A DNA stretch of 64,000 bases, taken from the NCBI RefSeq assembly GCF_003918875.1, contig NW_025766447.1:3472001-3536000 (forward strand), in the 5' to 3' direction. Shown piece by piece: positions 1-12,600 of this stretch; the stretch's first letter is position 1, and the number at the start of each line of letters is the position of its first letter. The DNA is from Haliotis rubra. Lineage: Eukaryota. The position numbers and the translations under genes were made by a program. The notes under the pieces are model-generated. The model was not told the origin of the DNA, ran no database searches, and saw only the letters and a program-made list of their open reading frames with translations.

Positions 1-58
1 AATGAACTTGTGATATCGATATGATAGCTTACATCCAGATTATATTATGACTTTGTAG

Positions 59-3000
59 GAATCTGCAACAACATCCGGCACGACAATTCTGAAGATGGCT
101 GTGGATGCAGCTGTGAAAAAGACGATTGATGTCCCGATTGATAACACTATCCGAGAGTTGACTATCAAGATCATATCAAATGCTGGCACCACGGGTGAAC
201 CCGTCAACACCCTGTCTGACCCACACAGTGAGTTATAGGCCATAAATCTTATCCTGAGTGAATGGTGGGTATGGTTTTACGCCACTTTTATCAATATTCC
301 AGCAATATCACGTCCATGTTGGGAATCTAATCCGGGTTGTCAGCGTAACGAGCAAACGCTTTAACCACTAGGCTATCCAACCGCCCCATCTGATCCTGAT
401 GTCTGCATGGCTCCGGATCAACAATAGTTACTTACACATGCATCAATTTTCTGATGTTTCATCATAAACATACTTTTACAGATTAGGATAAAATGCAGCA
501 GAGAGTGGTCGGATGGTCCTGGCACAGTCAGGCTGTTAAGGCTCATCATCAGCTCAGGTACTGTTGACCCGACTACACGCAGCCCACACAGCAAATGGGA
601 CTTCTCCCAGGAAGCGCTGCCTAGTCGAACCCACCAAGATTTCCGTAGAATATGATGACTGCCCAACACTGCAGCCTTCTGCATTACCCAGACTGTCAGA
701 AGAGCTGTGCTACCGATGGAGAACCCGGGTACTCTCCTTATCTGCATACTCTATTATTTTGCTGTGTATTTTTGTGATAAGAATTGATAAATCCTTTCAG
801 AAACATCTGTCGCCATGACAACCTCAGGCAACGTCACCCTGAAGGATCTTGGCGGAGGAGTGAGACTGATCAAAATAAAGGTCTTTATTGCATACTTTAT
901 ACGATGCATCTTACACCATTCTATAATATATGGACCATGTTTTTATAATGATGAAATAACTTTAAAAAATGGTCTTGTGGAAAGTGACAAAGATTCCGCC
1001 AGAAAATGCTACACTTTTCACGAGGACCTGGAGTCATCAGTGATCCATAATGACCATTTTTATAATTTTCACGGCCATTTACTATAAACTGTAAAGGAGA
1101 AGCCTACTTTCGAACCATATATGCTTTTCCCAAAATATATTTCAAACCCAATAATGTCAATGCGGTATAGAACCTCTAACCATTATTTACCAGTAGAAAA
1201 TACCTAGACAGTTAAGAAAATGTCATTTATGTTATTTCCCTGCGATAGCTGACGAGTTATTTCCAAAATATCAGATGTAATTATATTAAAGACTTATTGT
1301 AAATGGCCAAATCTTATGGAATTTAAAAACCTTTTGTCCACCTGTAAGTACTCTATCATAAAATCTCTATCATAATACTGTAAAATGTTGTTCCTGTCCC
1401 ACCGATGGCGGTTTGTGGGAATAAAGAAACTGAATTGAATTCAATTGAATTGACAACGTTGAATCTGTTTCAGCGGATAAGAGAAACTCGTTAATCTCTG
1501 ATGTTGATGTTCTACATTGTATATTGCAGTCCCCCCTGCCCGGATTATGGCATCTGACGAAGAAGGACAGTTACCATTGGGACCTGGAGGTGACCGCCCA
1601 GAGCACCATCGACTTCAGCACCAAGTTTGTACAGACAAACCCCTTGAACGGATTCCAGTATGAGATTACAGGAAGACCTATTGCAGGTACGTGACTCGTT
1701 ATCATTAGACCCATTGCAAGTGAATCCTATATGCTATCCTTTGGAAGTTATGTGGTAATCCTCATGGAGTTGTAATGCATGTGGTTGTATTTGTTTACCT
1801 AACTTTGGTTACAAAGACTTAGGACGTTTGGAGTTCGTCATATCAGAAGTTGACTGGCATGGGAATACCATCTTGTCAACATCGTTTCAGGTGACAAGGC
1901 TACTGTTATTATAACCGTACCGTCGATAGACAAGATAGGGGGAATAGCCAAGGTTATTCTCACAGACAGTAAAGGTGCAGAACTAGAGTCATCTTCCTTG
2001 ACTCAGGGTAGAGGTCGGGCTTCATCTATATTCAAAGGAACATTCACCCTTCCAACAAAGGTAATTCATATGTACATATAGTCAAAAACTGTTTCCTAAT
2101 TGTTGCGCTCAATAAAATTATTCATATCAAAGAAAAATTCATAAAATGCATGTAACTCTATAATGTCTACTGGAGTTGCCTGGAAATCATTTTCCGTTGA
2201 TATTTACCATCACAATACAATTACCACATGATTCAATTCAATTTTCGATTATAGAATCCGTTCGCCATTCAATAAAACGTAATATAAGACATATTTATGT
2301 TAAGAACCATTCTTTAGCATCACTTCACTGATCTCTACTGCCTTTTTATCCTTAAGACTTAGGGTTGTGGAAGGTCATCCCCCAATCCTTTGTCCTTAGA
2401 TAATGTTGACGGACGTGTCCAATAGAGGCTCCTAAGTTGAAAGTGAAGATATAGTTCCAGTTTATGCAACACTGATTTCAGGCGTTCCAAGTGACTATTC
2501 GAGGTACTGACGAGCCGGGCAATATGCTACAGCGTCTGGAACCAACCAAGATAACGCCAATAGCTGTTAAGCTGAAGATAGGAACACTTACAGGTGAGGC
2601 TTTCCGTTAATGTATATGATTGGTGCTTTTCGTTCTGTAAACACGAGACAATCAACCAGACAAGCCAGTGAGTGATATCATCGGGGATACGATGACATGT
2701 GTCAACTAAGCCAGCGAGCCTGAACATCCAAACCTTTAAGTCGATTCTTTCGACAAGCATGGGTTGTTGAAGATGAGTTCTATCCGGATCTTCAAGGGTC
2801 GCCTCAAATCATAGTCCTGAGTACCCTATGTACATTTTTATCATAGGTAGGATAAAATTGCAAAACCTCAATCACTGATTCATTCATATAGGGTCTCTGT
2901 ACATCAACGAAGATCTGAAGATCCCCTACACGGTGACCAATACCGGGGACAGCAAGACCACCATAGCTGTTGACATCACAGACGATCAGGGCTTTGCTGT

Positions 3001-5601
3001 CAGCCCATTAAAGAAGTCGTTTACACTGGAAGGAAACAGCAGCGCCACTGGTAGTTTCACGTTGCATGCTGGGAGCACAGTTGGAGTAACCACGTGAGCA
3101 TATGAGTTCGAATTAAGAAGTAAANNNNNNNNNNNNNNNNNNNNNNNNNNNNNNNNNNNNNNNNNNNNNNNNNNNNNNNNNNNNNNNNNNNNNNNNNNNN
3201 NNNNNNNNNNNNNNNNNNNNNNNNNNNNNNNNNNNNNNNNNNNNNNNNNNNNNNNNNNNNNNNNNNNNNNNNNNNNNNNNNNNNNNNNNNNNNNNNNNNN
3301 NNNNNNNNNNNNNNNNNNNNNNNNNNNNNNNNNNNNNNNNNNNNNNNNNNNNNNNNNNNNNNNNNNNNNNNNNNNNNNNNNNNNNNNNNNNNNNNNNNNN
3401 NNNNNNNNNNNNNNNNNNNNNNNNNNNNNNNNNNNNNNNNNNNNNNNNNNNNNNNNNNNNNNNNNNNNNNNNNNNNNNNNNNNNNNNNNNNNNNNNNNNN
3501 NNNNNNNNNNNNNNNNNNNNNNNNNNNNNNNNNNAGATTCATAAATAGAAATGTTCAGAAGCATTTATGCCGTCATCGCTTGTCTTATTAGCGTCCCAGT
3601 TTTGCCCTTTGAAATGAAATATCATGTTGAATACTGGTGTCCAATAAGGGTGTGTATCTGTCCCATCAACGGCCGACATTCAGACATGCTGGGCCCTTCC
3701 TAGCGCTGTCAGCCTTATTGTGGTCTCCGAAGACTGTTAACTGTATCCCAGACGTAATCATAGTGAACTTCCATCTTTCCTCTTCCCTCCTCAGATAAGC
3801 TGTTACACGTCGCTGTCACACCATGCATTTTAAAAAGATCAGGAACATATTTGCTCCATGTAATCAATGGTTTCAGCACAGTGACAGTATCGGCACAGCC
3901 ATCGGGGGTATCAGGCCACAGTCCTCAGTTTGATACCCGCAGGATCACTGTGGAGGAACACATCGTCAGGGTGAGTTGATATCCATGTCACTGCACTATC
4001 CGGTTACCTAATACATGAGTTCATGTACAGACATGGAGGATACTGAGCATGTCTCCGGTACGGTTTCTGGTAGAAACCAGTAGGGATGTCTTAGGCTGAC
4101 TCGGTTGACACATGTCATCGTATCCCTCTTGTGAAGATCGATGCTCATGCTCAAGGTGGGTGGGGGTAATTGATTTCACTTACTTTGTACATAAATTTCC
4201 CCTAATGCAAGTCGTCTTCCTTGTCACACAGTCTTGTGCAGGGGGTTTGACTCTTACGTCTGTATGCAAAGATCTAAATATTTCACAGGTGAGGCGGTTT
4301 CACTGACCTCCTTTAGTTCCAGCTCAGGTAGACAAATACAGGCTAGTTGACAAATGTTGGACGATATCAGATCATAGATATACCTGAAGCTGAAGTTCCA
4401 CACATGCCCTTGTTTTCATTTTGCTAACATGTAAAGAAATACGACCATCAAATAGGAGAGCGCAACTGAAGATTTAAAACAACTATTTGCATATAAGTGT
4501 AATTAGAATGTTCATTTAGTTTCGTTGTTGAACTGTTTCAGAAAGTGGACAACACGACCCCTGAGTGTAACGTCACCTCCATGACCGGAAGTTGCAGTGT
4601 GGCTCAGATGGATCCGTGTAGTTGTCACATTCACACGTGGTCAGGGACGGCGGTGTTCGGGGATGTGGGTTTCGGGTTGTTCCAGATATCGTCCGGGACG
4701 TCGGGCAGCTTCACGTACGACAACTTCACCATGGGACATACCATTGACAAGGGGGGTCAAGACGGCCAGAATAGGGTAGGGAATAATTGAAATCGGTCAC
4801 TATATTTTAAAATATGATCTATCTCTAAGTAGTGAACGAGTATGTTACTTACAAAAAGATGCAATGCTAGCATTAGTTGGTTAGTAAGTTATTTAGTTGG
4901 TTGCAGTTGCAAAGACGTTATTGATATTAACCCCTGGACTATCTTGTCTATACCAAAATTTTTAGCTGTAATATTTTTTTAATGAGGCTTTAAACAATAG
5001 ACAAACAAACGACACTAAACACACATAAGCTCAGCCTCTAACAGAAATATCAAAATGTGGACTGTACAGGAGTGACTGCTGCCACCCGGTGTCTTACATC
5101 AACGTGGTCGACATGGCCAGCAACACTGCTCAGTGCACATTTGACTTGGCTCCCGGACTCCCCATACCCGTGTACGACTGTGCGAGCACACCAGCTACTG
5201 CAAGTACATCATTTAGCATGAACCCGGTACGTATAGTATCCATGCATGTACATTTACATATACAAGATGATATCACTGGCTCTGATGGTAGTGTACATTA
5301 CGTACGTATGTCAAATAGTTTGACCATACGTTTATATATACCTTTCATTATTGTGGATATGTTTATTAATGTCCTTTTCCTTAATGATTTCAATGAAAAT
5401 GACAAGGTTTGTTTAATTACACAGAGTGAAGAGACTAGTGGCTTGTCTACTGGCGCCATTGCGGGGATAGCAGTGGGTGCGGCAGCGGCGTTGGCAGCAA
5501 CGATTGTCACAGCTGTTCTTATTGGCAAGAAGGCCCTCTGCGTCTCCAAAACACACCCAAAAGTGGAGACGAGCCAACCCCCTTTGGGACATACACTGTG
5601 A
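59..5601 (+). CDS. VWA7-like paralogue A, 5'-partial, with C-terminal transmembrane helix
   Basis: GT-AG exons 59-227, 801-880, 1530-1686, 1891-2060, 2482-2593, 2892-3093, 3877-3970, 4542-4775, 5070-5226, 5425-5601. Peptides resemble the VWA7 C-terminal half (VPIDNTIRELTIKI, PLPGLWHL...QSTIDFS, IRGTDEPGNMLQR, SDCCHP). Hydrophobic GAIAGIAVGAAAALAATIVTAVLI followed by GKK. One frameshift in the G run at 4751-4756. Confidence 0.85.
3125..3534. other. Assembly gap (410 N) within an intron of paralogue A
   Basis: Run of N. The flanking exons are phase-compatible, so no exon need be missing. Confidence 0.99.
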
Positions 5602-6627
5602 CACCTTTTCAGCACTTACATTATAAATATCCTTACAGTTTTGTCACAACACTATCGTATGATTTAACACCTTCTTTCCAAACACTTGTGTTATCTTGAT
5701 GTTGTAGTAGCATTGTAACACAAAACAACTCTAAGTGTTCATACATAAACCTATTATCTGTGAGATTTCTTGTCATTTAAGCAGAGTTCGAACACAGGCA
5801 CTACAGTGTGTAGCTTTTAATTCCTTAAATCTATGGACGTTTGAATACACAACTGGTTCCATACATTCACTTCCTGGTTGAAGTTTATAACGTGTCAATC
5901 CCACTGTTTATTCTTTGCAGGATCCGTCCAAAGACTTATATTGTATTATTACCAATGCATCTGATATACATACCTCATTGCGAGTCATTACAATAATAAT
6001 AAGATTTTGTGTCCAGAAAATACAACATATATCATGTGTGTCTTAAGGTTTGTTGGTTGAATAAATAATTGATGTCAGATTATTAATCCTATTTGATCTT
6101 GTTTCCGAACTGTTTGCATGTAAATGGCTGCTACAGACTGCCCTAACCCACTATCACACCGAGGAATAGTCTAAAATACAGCGGCAAAATGCCTAATAGT
6201 ATATATCTAGACGTGAACTATAACAGATTGTGAGATTTCGATAAAGAATCAGTTAATATGAGTAGCTTAAGCAGTAAAAGAAAGTTCAAACAATTCAATT
6301 TTCAGTATTTCTCTGACTTAGTAAAAACGTTATAATAGTATTTTCTGCTACGAGAGATACCGATAACAGGATACTGATGCAGAGTACCAATGGCTTGTAG
6401 AATATTTTCCGGTCCAGTAGTAAAAGACAATGTCTTTTTGGAAAGGACTTTTCGATAAATATTGGTAATTATACGGGTAATCTCGCACCTATTTATACAC
6501 GTCTGAACGTATTCTGTGATCATAACCAGTTTATAACAAATGTACAGTAGCTGAAAACGAATCCTTTTATTGAATCCTGTTTGTATAGATACACATGTAG
6601 CACAGATTACAACCAGTCACTGACAAC

Positions 6628-9600
6628 CTATAGTGTGGACGAGTGCACGGTAAATGTTCTTGTGACATACTGGAAGTCCTCGGGGGCGTCTATAGCAGTC
6701 GCCATTATCGTCACAGTTCTGGAAAGACATTGAGCAAACATGAAGGGAACGACAGTAGTGTACTTCAGACCCAGACATAATTTTCATTATAATGGTAGAT
6801 CTATTATTAATGTGACAGTTTCAACTAGCCACATGATATATGATGGACAATATGATGGAGATAGTAAGTAGAACTTCCAGTTATATGGTGGGCCATCTTT
6901 CCTACGATGGTGTTGGAGATTCCGAGCTAGAACAGTTTCCCAGCAAGCTATGCTGGTCACGTGAGGCCAATCAGAAGTATGGGTGGTCAGGCTCGGCGAG
7001 TTTTTGATAGCATGCCATTGTATCCCAGATGATAATGATTGTCTAGTCTAGACTCGACTATGTAAAGGAATCCTTTACTGGAACTGTGATACGCTCGTCG
7101 TTCAATGAAAACAATGAAGGAAATGTTTCGGATGTTGTATGTCCAAACAAATTTGGTAATGACCTTGAGAAATATAAATCGTTTCTCGCGGCAAACAAAC
7201 AAAATGTTTTGGTCTCAATGGGGTTTTGTGTAGTTTTGTTCGCAACGACACCTCTAATGCTTACAAAACTATTTTCTCACAAAAGCAAGGTTTTAAAAGA
7301 AGGCTGATGATGATATATATAGACGATGCTTACGTTGACACATCGGGAGTCCTTCCTGCGGCAATTACAACTTTACGTCTCGTGTTTTCCCCCGGCTGAA
7401 GATTCAGTGTGATGCCTGAAGTAACTGCTAGCTTCAGACTGTCTGCTACATCCAGTTTCACTCTTTCAGAGTTGCGTCCCTTGTTGATGACCTTCACATG
7501 TATGTGTGTTTCACTTCCGACTTGAAGATCTCCTGGTATACATACATCCAAAGGAACAGATATATGATAATGAACGCTCCGTGCTGCTACAAATAACGTA
7601 CAACTCGAAATACACAGCTGGGCAAAAAGGGTATTCATTTGGAAATACCAAACCTTCAAAAGTTACTAGGCCGAAAATCATCACCCAAACACGGCAGAAT
7701 GCAGCTATGATGTCAAATACATCACTATCGAATGACTATTTCTTGTTTGTCAGACGTTGGTGTGTCTTATGCACGGCAGATTAGTTAAAATGTCATGTCA
7801 ATAACGGAAATCCCATGGACAACACGGATATAACGAAAGAGAATGCAAAGGAAATTATTTTTACGCATCTTCAAATAATGAACAATCCTATGATGTTCCT
7901 GACGCACTGACGTTAACGGAGGAACAGACTGAGACATAAACTGACCAACAACTCGTTCCACGCTGAGGGACAGGGTGCTAGGCTTAATTAGATCAGGCTT
8001 CTGTCGTTGAAACAGGTGCCCGTCGTTATCCCGCCCTTCAATAGCCATGCGATAAGGCTGGAAAAGAATACCATGATCAATTGCTTGCCTCATTGGAAAA
8101 CCGCATACTGGCATACAATATTGCTATTTGTTCACAGCCACTTGTAAGCTATAGTAACGGGATCGTAAGTAAATGATCGAGTGTGCTAGTAACAGACTAC
8201 ATGGTCTGTAGCATATACCTGATCGGGAACAGCGATACTGGCAACAAAGTTGTGGCCTCTCTTCTTTCTGTGTGTGAGGCTGCAGCGGTCGATCTCCTCA
8301 CCCACAGTGTTATAGAGGATCAGAGAGTCTATGGAGGATACAGCGTTAGCTGCCGTCACTGCCACAGCGTGGGTCACAGATTCACCTGAAGATGCATATT
8401 CAGAACAAGTTCATAAAATACCCAAAACAAACGACACACATTTAGTCACACTTGCAAACAGAATGAACACACTCGAGTTGCCGATGTTTGCCACCAGAGT
8501 GGCTTCTCTGTCTGTCCCAGTGGTTTGTCGAGCCGAGGCACATCCGTGGTTGACAGCACGATGACACGCCGCCAGTCATGGATCTCTCAATCTTCTTTAG
8601 CTGAACTAGCGTACACCATCAGAAACATAATTGCAGTAATAGTCATGAGCATGGGTATGAAAACTTGGTCCGAATATACCCGAGGTTGTCCGAAGATTCC
8701 CGAGAATGTGATCTATGACGACTATATCACTACGACTGCACTGTGACTATGGAGTGGAGTGGTCGTGATTTTTGTGATTAGTCCTGAATCTCGAATATTT
8801 CTGACATTGTTTGTCAACCATACGATTGACGACGAGACAATATAAATCAAACCTAGTTGAAGGACGAACTGATAATATTTGCCAACCATCAGATAAATGG
8901 ACGAAATAAGTTAGCAAGTAAGTACAATTTCAGCCTTACCTACTACCGGTTTCCCCTCGATGAACATACTGTGTCCGTTGTCATTTGTTTTGACCATGTT
9001 GTCTTTAATGTCTAACACCGAGTTGCCGTAGATGCTGACCTCAGCGACGTCACTGCCGTCGTTCTTTACAGCCCACTTGCCAGGCTTGGGGGCCTAGATT
9101 TGTAACAGAAAAGAAAAGAAGTACGGACAAAATATCTAAAAAGTAAAAGTATAACACATAACTAAACTATAAGCACGTTGGTTACGGGCAGATGACAATG
9201 TATGGAAGAACGGTGACTTTGTGTCTACCTCAACTATGAGTTCGCCTTCTTCGTGTTGGGTGACAGGAACCAGTTCACCTGCAAACACAATACATCGAGA
9301 ATATTTAACCACAACTGCTGAAAACAACAATAACTACTCTGTAATACTGAAACATCGAAAATGTTTTGAAAATATTACCATTTTGCGTAAATCATATTGC
9401 CCACTGTGATAAAGTCATTAGTTTAAGATATTCTAACGGGGGTTGAAGTATGTGTATAATACGCGTGGTTATACATTAAAGGCACCTACCGTACGGGTTA
9501 AACACTCTCACGCCCCCATTGTTGTTGCTTCCTATCAGTAGCGTCTTGACCGTGTTGTCCACGTGGAACATGTTTATTGAGAGGCCTCCGAGGGAGAATT

Positions 9601-12600
9601 CGCTCAAGAGAGGCAACTGCCTCTGAGGAATCTGAAAGGTATACGTCATAACATATACATGCGGGGCGGTGGGGTAACCTAGTGGTTAAAGCGGTCTCTC
9701 GTCACGCCAAAGACACGGGTTCGATTTGCTCAATGCGGCGTAAAACTAAACTCACTCACATATACATGCATCGTACACCCAGAAATATGTATCATTTCAT
9801 ACCGAACGAGGGTCTGAATACACAGTCTTTCACAGTGATGTGATATCACGAGACTCCGAGGTTCAATGCACTGTAACATAACTGGAGGCAGCGACACGTT
9901 ACACATTACCTTACCTTATTTGGTCTTGCTGAATATGACGAGGTTATGTGCTGTATGTCAAATCCAGGTGTCTTGGGGTTAAACTGGACAGTGCCACGAC
10001 CTATGCAGATTCACAAGCGTTTTTTCATCATAAGTAATTTTGTAATCAGTACTGTTATTTACCTACATTGTTTGATACCATAGTGCCTTATCAATGATAA
10101 TTACTTAATTAACTTTAAATTGAGAAAGGTGCCCTGAAAGGTAGATGTCATGTAGACACTTGCCACTGTTTCTCTTCCTCCGCGAGCAGTCTCCGGTGAG
10201 AATGAAGCTCACTGCGATCTTCTTTTCTGTTACCATGCTCGTGACGTAGTTGATCTTGGCCGCGTCTTTGGGCGAGGCGTCGGTAAAGACGTACACCTTT
10301 GAGTTAGGGTTGGCAACAGTAGCGGCTGTCGATGGATGAACTACGTTTCATATATTGCTTTCCGTAGTAGTTTTATGAATATGTCTACAAATACAGCAGT
10401 ATGTTGAGAAAAACGTTTAATTACCATCCATGCATTACCCGAAAACATGATGCTACATTATAAGTCATTAACCATCGCAAAAAGTATTTTCAACAGGTTC
10501 AGTCAATCTTACTAATTACAGACCAAGTCAGGAGTTTGTGTCATTTACGAACAAAGCGAAGAGAATCCAGGACTGTCTGCATGTACTGGACACATACCTG
10601 ACTATACCCTTGTCGGGGAAACTTCTGATCGGTGTTTATGGCGCACCTGCCTGTCGACCTGTGAGGGAGAACTGTGATCGGTGTATATGACGTACCTACC
10701 TGTTGACCTGTGAGGGAGAACTGTGATCGATGTATATGACGTACCTGCCTGTCGACCCGTGATCGGTGTATATTACGTACCTGCCTGTCGACCAGTGAGG
10801 GAGAAACTGTGATCGGTGTATATGACGTACCTTCCTGTCGACCCGTGATCGGTGTATATGACGTACCTACCTGTAGACCTGTGAGGGAGAACTGTAATCG
10901 GTGTATATGACGTACCTGCCTGTAGACCTGTGAGGGAGAACTGTAATCGGTGTATATGACGTACCTGCCTGTAGACCTGTGAGGGAGAACTGTAATCGGT
11001 GAATATGACGTACCTGCCTGTCGACCCGTGATCGGTGTATATGACGTACCTGCCTGTAGACCTGTGAGGGAGAACTGTAATCGGTGTATAAGACGTACCT
11101 GCCTGTCGACCTGTGAGGGAGAACTGTGATCGGTGTATATGACGTACCTACCAGTAGACCCGTGATCGGTGTATATGACGTACCTGCCTGTAGACCTGTG
11201 AGAGAGAACTGTGATCGGTGTATATGACGTACCTGCCAGTAGACCCGTGATCGGTGTATATGACGTACCTGCCTGTAGACCCGTGAGGGAGAACTGTGAT
11301 CGGTGTATATGACGTACCTACCAGTAGACCCGTGATCGGTGTATATGACGTACCTGCCTGTAGACCCGTGAGAGAGAACTGTGATCGGTGTATATGACGT
11401 ACCTGCCAGTAGACCCGTGATCGGTGTATATGACGTACCTGCCTGTATACCTGTGAGAGAGAACTGTGATCGGTGTATATGACGTAGCTGCCTGTAGACC
11501 TGTGAGAGAGAACTGTAGTCGGTGTATATGACGTACCTACCTGTAGACCTGTGAGGGAGAACTGTAATCGGCGTATATGACATACCTACCTGGAGACCTG
11601 TGAGATCTGTGAGGGAGAATTGTGATCGGTGTATATGACGTATCTACCAGTAGACCCGTGATCGGTGTATATGACGTACCTACCAGTAGACCCGTGATCG
11701 GTGTATATGACGTACCTGCCTGTAGACCTGTGAGGGAGAACTGCAATCGGTGTATATGACGTACCTGCCTGTAGACCTGTGAGGGAGAACTCTGGACAGT
11801 CACCTCCTCCATGGACTGAGAGACTAGAGAGATAATTCATCACAGCCGTTCCATTCTTGGATTTAAATATATCCGTCTTGTTACCTGAAACAAATTGGAT
11901 TCTGAATGATTTTGTGCTCATTCTGTTATCCATTTAATTCGGACTGTATGATTTGATATTTGTTTGTGATCAATTGTGAGTGAATGTGCGAGTGAGATGA
12001 CACGCCCCCATCCAGCAATGTAGCAGCAATGTCACCCCGGGGATACCAAAGTCGGACGCCACACCATTATCTATTCCCTCACCCCGGCCATGTTATCCTA
12101 TATAGTACCTGGATCGTTAAAGGTAACGACGATGTAATTATAGGGTTGGTTTATTGTGCCAAGTGTTTCCTTGATAATTTCCTGTGTCTTTTTTATGACG
12201 GCGGCAAGGTCGTCGCCCATGGAGCCGGTGGTGTCGATGACGAAGACCATGGAGTTTCCAGCCGTCAGTTGCAACAGTTCCTGAAAGTTCTCATCTCCAA
12301 TCAGGGAATGTAGACCATACGCTAGAAACAAAATACAACCAGAGAAATAGTTATAGGGAACATCTGCAGCATACTTGAACGATCCAATACTGCATTCAAG
12401 ACTAAAGACATAATTATAGTTCACTTTGAGCCAAACCCAACTGGAGAAATAATAATTACGGAAAATCTGTCGTCGGATTGGCAATCGGACTAAATTTGAT
12501 TAAGTTCATAATCAACTCCCGTGAATTATCTTGGTTAATGGTCTTTTGCTGAAGTTTATCACATGTGGCAGCTCATTCAAGGGAACTGTTGTAGTAAATA

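Noticed and set aside
2986-3564. 192- and 161-aa ORFs
   Set aside because: Artefacts of the N gap.
9802-9812. Possible 11-nt micro-exon in paralogue B
   Set aside because: Inclusion breaks the frame of the next conserved exon.
10867-11812. Long repetitive ORFs; array superficially CRISPR-like
   Set aside because: Products of a minisatellite with no unique spacers and no cas genes; eukaryotic intron.
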